DNA of 32,000 bases from Okeania sp. (lineage in GTDB: Bacteria > Cyanobacteriota > Cyanobacteriia > Cyanobacteriales > Microcoleaceae), in contig NZ_JAYKGW010000092.1 in assembly GCF_035285525.1 (NCBI RefSeq), positions 9,009 to 41,008 of the forward strand, given 5' to 3'. The position numbers were made by a program, and so were the translations under genes. The notes under the pieces are model-generated. The model was given only the letters and a program-made list of their open reading frames with translations. It had not been told where the DNA came from and did not search any database. Positions 29,063-32,000 of this stretch are shown here, piece by piece; position 1 is the first letter of the stretch, and every line of letters begins with the position of its first letter.

Positions 29063-31807
29063 ATGAATTACAAACTTGACAAATTATTTGAACTAGCAAA
29101 ACATAGATACAGAATGACACTTACTTCTGTGGAACAAAGGTTATTAAAAGCTATTGCTACAGGAAAAGTTGCTGATTATCAAGTCAAATCCCCAGAACTT
29201 ACTTTGCTCAAAGAACAGTTAAATTTAGAACTTTTAAAAGACCATTTAAAAGAGTTAAAAGATGTAAAAACTTTAAAAGATTTAGACTTAGAAAAATTAA
29301 AAGAATTAGAAAATTTAGAACAGCCAGAAGCATTAAAAAAGTTATTATCAGCTATCATTAAAAAGAAAGAAATTAATAATCCAGCTCAAGCAGAATTATG
29401 GGGAGAAGAGCAAATATTACCAGCTAAATTTATTTACTGGTTATGTACAGATGTGGATGTTTTTCCATATTTTACAAATCATGGTTTACAGATTTGTGGA
29501 GCTAAAATTTCGGGAGAATTAAATCTTGAGTTTGTGAAGTTTAAAAGTTTATTGTATTTCACAGAATGTGTTTTTACAGAAAAAATTATTCTCAGAGGAG
29601 CAAAGGTAGAAGAAGTCAAATTTGATGGTAGTCATGTTGTTAGTATTGATGCTGAGTTGATTGAAGTTAGGGGTAATTTATATCTGATAAATGGCTTTCA
29701 TAGTAAAGGTGAAGTAAATCTAGCTGGAGCTATTATTGGTGGTCAACTTGATTGTAGTAATGGTCATTTCTTTAATCCAGAAGGAGATGCTCTCTTTGCT
29801 GAAAGCATAGAAGTTAAAGATTCTATCTTTTTGAGAGAAGGTTTCCAAGCTAAAGGTATGGTAAGTCTAGCTGGAGCTACTATTGGTGGTACACTTGATT
29901 GCAGTCAAGGTCGTTTCTCTAACCTAAAAGGAGATGCTCTCTTTGCTGAAAGCATAGAAGTCAAAGGTAGTATCTTTTTGAGAGAAGGTTTCCAAGCTGA
30001 GGGTATAGTCAGTCTAGCTGGAGCTACTATAGATGGTGTACTTGATTGTAGTCAAGGTCATTTCTCTAATCTAAAAGGAGAAGCACTCATTGCTCAAAGT
30101 ATAGAAGTCAAAGGTGGTATCTTTCTGAGTGATGGTTTCAAAGCTGAGGGGGAAGTCAGTCTCTCTGGAGCTAGTATTGGTGGTGTACTTGATTGTACTC
30201 AAGGTCATTTCTCTAACCTAAAAGGAAAAGCACTCATTGCTCAAAGTATAGAAACTAAAAGTTCTGTCATTCTGGGCAATGGTTTCAAAGCTGAGGGGGA
30301 AGTCAGTCTCTCTGGAGCTAGTATTGGTGGTCAACTTAACTGTAGTGAAGGTCATTTCTCTAATCCAGAAGGAGAAGCACTCATTGCTCAAAGTATAGAA
30401 ACTAAAAGCTCTGTCATTCTGGGCAATGGTTTCAACGCTGAGGGGGAAGTCAGTCTCTCTGGAGCTAGTATTGGTGGTCAACTTAACTGTAGTGAAGGTC
30501 ATTTCTCTAATGCAGGAAAAGATGCGCTATTTGCTGAGAATATAAAAGTCAAAGCTGATGTCATTCTGGGTAATGGTTTCAACGCTGGGGGAAAAGTCAG
30601 TCTATTTGGCTCTACTATTGGGGGTAAACTAGATTGTACTCAAGGTCATTTCTCTAATCCAGAAAAAAATGCCCTCGATGCTCAAAATATAGAAGTTAAA
30701 ACTAATATTGTTCTCAGTAATGGTTTCAAAGCTGAAGGTGAAGTAGATTTAACCGCAGCAAATATTAAAGGAAATCTTGACTGCACCAATGGCAATTTTT
30801 CCAACGAAAAAGGTAATGTTTTATCTGCCGAAGGAATTAATGTTGATGGAGATATTATATTAGATGGAGGAACTTTTAAAGGGAAAATTTACTTAGTTAG
30901 TGCCAGAGTTGATGACACTTTAAGCATGATTAAAATTCAACAAGAAAAACTAAATATTCCCATAAATTTTTTCCTGATAAATATCAAGAATAATCCATTT
31001 ACATCACTACTTCAGGAAGAGCATCAAAGAATAGAATCTAACAGTATGAAAATAGATCTACAATTTGCCAGAATAGGTCGCCTCAGAGACGACGAAAAAA
31101 GTTGGCCGGAAAAAAATAATCTCAACCTTGATGGTTTCATTTATCAGAAATTTGGCACAGACGATAATATTAAAGTTTTGAAAGATGCCAAAACTCGTCT
31201 CAAATGGCTGAGACTACAACCAGAATTTTTTCCGCAAACTTATGAACAATTAGCCGAAGTTTTAAAACAAGAAGGAGACCCAGATGCAGCTACAGAAATA
31301 TTAATTAATAAAGAAAGAGATATTCGACCAAAACTCAAAAAATTAAGTAACTTTTGGAATAGATTTCTCGACTTTACAATAGTCTATGGCTATAAACCCA
31401 CCAGAGCTTTATTTTTGAGTAGTATTTTTATCTTCAGCGGTGTTTATTTGTTTCGTGTAGGTTATGAGAATTGTTCAAACTCAATATCTAATAATAAATG
31501 CCTCTTTTCACCAGTTTCTCAAGTTAGTCCTTATAGTGAAGAAACTGACAATAATCAAACCATTAATATAGACTATCCAAAATTTAATTCCTTATTATAT
31601 TCATTAGATACATTTATTCCTATAATTGACCTACATCAACAAACATATTGGTTGCCAAATTCTCAAAAAGGTAAAGAAATTCCATTAATATTATTCAAAG
31701 TAAAAACTGGTGATATATTAAGATGGTATTTATGGATTCACATAATCTGTGGTTGGGTATTAACATCCCTTTGGGTAGCAGGTTTTAGTGGTTTAGTTCG
31801 TCGTTAA
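29063..31807 (+). CDS. Large repeat protein of unknown function: N-terminal helical/K-E-L-rich region, about 8-10 x 49-aa repeats, and a C-terminal two-TM anchor
   Basis: 914 aa. The repeat unit is GHFSN..G.AL.A.SIE.K..(I/V).L..GF.A.GEVSL.GA.IGG.L(D/N)C(S/T). The C-terminus reads LNLDGFIYQKF...WLRLQPEFFPQTYEQLAEVLKQEGD...A..(I/L)...K.R...GYKPTRALFLSSIFIFSGVYLF ... YSLDTFIPIIDL ... WYLWIHIICGWVLTSLWVAGFSGL. From memory it resembles a widespread uncharacterised family, sometimes labelled 'membrane-associated oxidoreductase' in actinobacteria. That label is not supported by any motif here. Confidence 0.85.
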   Translation: MNYKLDKLFELAKHRYRMTLTSVEQRLLKAIATGKVADYQVKSPELTLLKEQLNLELLKDHLKELKDVKTLKDLDLEKLKELENLEQPEALKKLLSAIIKKKEINNPAQAELWGEEQILPAKFIYWLCTDVDVFPYFTNHGLQICGAKISGELNLEFVKFKSLLYFTECVFTEKIILRGAKVEEVKFDGSHVVSIDAELIEVRGNLYLINGFHSKGEVNLAGAIIGGQLDCSNGHFFNPEGDALFAESIEVKDSIFLREGFQAKGMVSLAGATIGGTLDCSQGRFSNLKGDALFAESIEVKGSIFLREGFQAEGIVSLAGATIDGVLDCSQGHFSNLKGEALIAQSIEVKGGIFLSDGFKAEGEVSLSGASIGGVLDCTQGHFSNLKGKALIAQSIETKSSVILGNGFKAEGEVSLSGASIGGQLNCSEGHFSNPEGEALIAQSIETKSSVILGNGFNAEGEVSLSGASIGGQLNCSEGHFSNAGKDALFAENIKVKADVILGNGFNAGGKVSLFGSTIGGKLDCTQGHFSNPEKNALDAQNIEVKTNIVLSNGFKAEGEVDLTAANIKGNLDCTNGNFSNEKGNVLSAEGINVDGDIILDGGTFKGKIYLVSARVDDTLSMIKIQQEKLNIPINFFLINIKNNPFTSLLQEEHQRIESNSMKIDLQFARIGRLRDDEKSWPEKNNLNLDGFIYQKFGTDDNIKVLKDAKTRLKWLRLQPEFFPQTYEQLAEVLKQEGDPDAATEILINKERDIRPKLKKLSNFWNRFLDFTIVYGYKPTRALFLSSIFIFSGVYLFRVGYENCSNSISNNKCLFSPVSQVSPYSEETDNNQTINIDYPKFNSLLYSLDTFIPIIDLHQQTYWLPNSQKGKEIPLILFKVKTGDILRWYLWIHIICGWVLTSLWVAGFSGLVRR
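29762..30937 (+). repeat. Eight exactly phased 147-bp (49-codon) tandem repeats inside the 914-aa CDS
   Basis: The GG(T/C)(C/A)(A/G)T unit starts (GHF/GRF/GNF) at 29762, 29909, 30056, 30203, 30350, 30497, 30644 and 30791 are each exactly 147 nt apart. Units 30203-30349 and 30350-30496 differ at only 6/147 positions by eye. Units 29762-29908 and 29909-30055 differ at about 18/147. Confidence 0.95.
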
Positions 31808-31873
31808 TTAAAGTAAGGCAGAAGGCATAAGGGAAAGAATGGTTTAAAGTCCAGTAGTAGAATGACACACTAC

Positions 31874-32000
31874 GGTGCAATAGTAGGGGCGGGTTTCTCA
31901 GGAAATTTTCATGCTTACTCTAAGATTTACATAAACCCGCCCCAGAGACGGTAGCTTATATAATAGAGGGCGGGTTTATCTAACTTACTTGGAAAACTCG
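31874..32000. repeat. Second copy of the GGGGCGGGTTT double-hairpin element, truncated by the window end
   Basis: ggtgcaatagtaggggcgggtttctcaggaaattttcatgcttactctaagatttacataaacccgccccagagacggtagcttatataatagagggcgggtttatctaacttacttggaaaactcg aligns along its whole length with 19158..19284. Confidence 0.8.

Noticed and set aside
30218-30502. 94-aa minus-strand ORF with an internal perfect duplication.
   Set aside because: It is antisense to the near-identical 147-bp units of the 914-aa CDS. Its duplication only mirrors the sense-strand repeat.
12624-30937. Possible CRISPR array among the tandem repeats (68-bp period at 12624, 30-bp units at 20382, 28-bp period at 28943, 147-bp units at 29762).
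   Set aside because: The non-coding cases have only two copies with no unique spacers of CRISPR-like size. The 147-bp array is in-frame coding sequence. No cas genes are present.
29480-30940. Pentapeptide-repeat protein interpretation of the 914-aa ORF.
   Set aside because: The periodicity is exactly 49 residues. The A(D/N)LXX pentapeptide consensus is not present within the units.
1-32000. tRNA, rRNA, tmRNA, RNase P or riboswitch genes in the long intergenic gaps (12019-12784, 13850-14777, 16857-17385, 19940-20471, 24018-24460, 28561-29062).
   Set aside because: Reading these gaps, I found no T-loop (GGTTCGAAT-like) or anticodon-arm pattern and no conserved riboswitch core. The gaps are explained by dispersed repeats. 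A covariance-model scan (tRNAscan-SE, Infernal/Rfam) would be the decisive check.

Overview
AT-rich chromosomal segment that looks like a filamentous (Nostocales-type) cyanobacterium. Supporting signs are several HIP1 octamers (GCGATCGC, e.g. near 10559, 12848, 17007, 18853, 22187, 22773, 25549, 26327), period-7 STRR-like tandem repeats at most gene boundaries, ndhD, and several families of hairpin/MITE-like dispersed repeats.

Positions 3..10955 (+) are the 3' >10.9 kb of one giant ORF that is still open at the window edge. It encodes a secreted multi-repeat protein with Calx-beta-like modules, 5 FG-GAP/VCBS blades, an unrecognised ~60-aa repeat in at least 10 copies, two tandem ~310-336-aa modules and a C-terminal RTX GGxGxD block.

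The remaining genes, in order:
- a secreted NTF2-like protein (-)
- murG (+)
- a decayed DUF4351/Rpn-type gene fragment
- an MscS-family channel with a C-terminal DEP-like domain (+)
- ndhD (+)
- a small repeat-bounded islet with an orphan 104-aa ORF and an overlapping RelE/ParE-type toxin-antitoxin pair (+)
- a DUF2808-like secreted protein (+)
- ftsH (-)
- a dCache-HAMP histidine kinase (-)
- an orphan lipoprotein-type ABC solute-binding protein (-)
- a 914-aa protein built from eight exactly phased 49-aa (147-bp) repeats with a C-terminal two-helix membrane anchor (+)

I found no rRNA, tRNA or CRISPR array, and no complete multi-gene system that I can call new. The most unusual items are:
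- the MscS-DEP fusion
- the 49-aa-repeat membrane protein, whose neighbouring DNA units are near-identical
- the unrecognised repeat family inside the giant exoprotein
- nested MITE-like insertions at gene ends

All domain calls come from motif recognition by eye. No searches were run.
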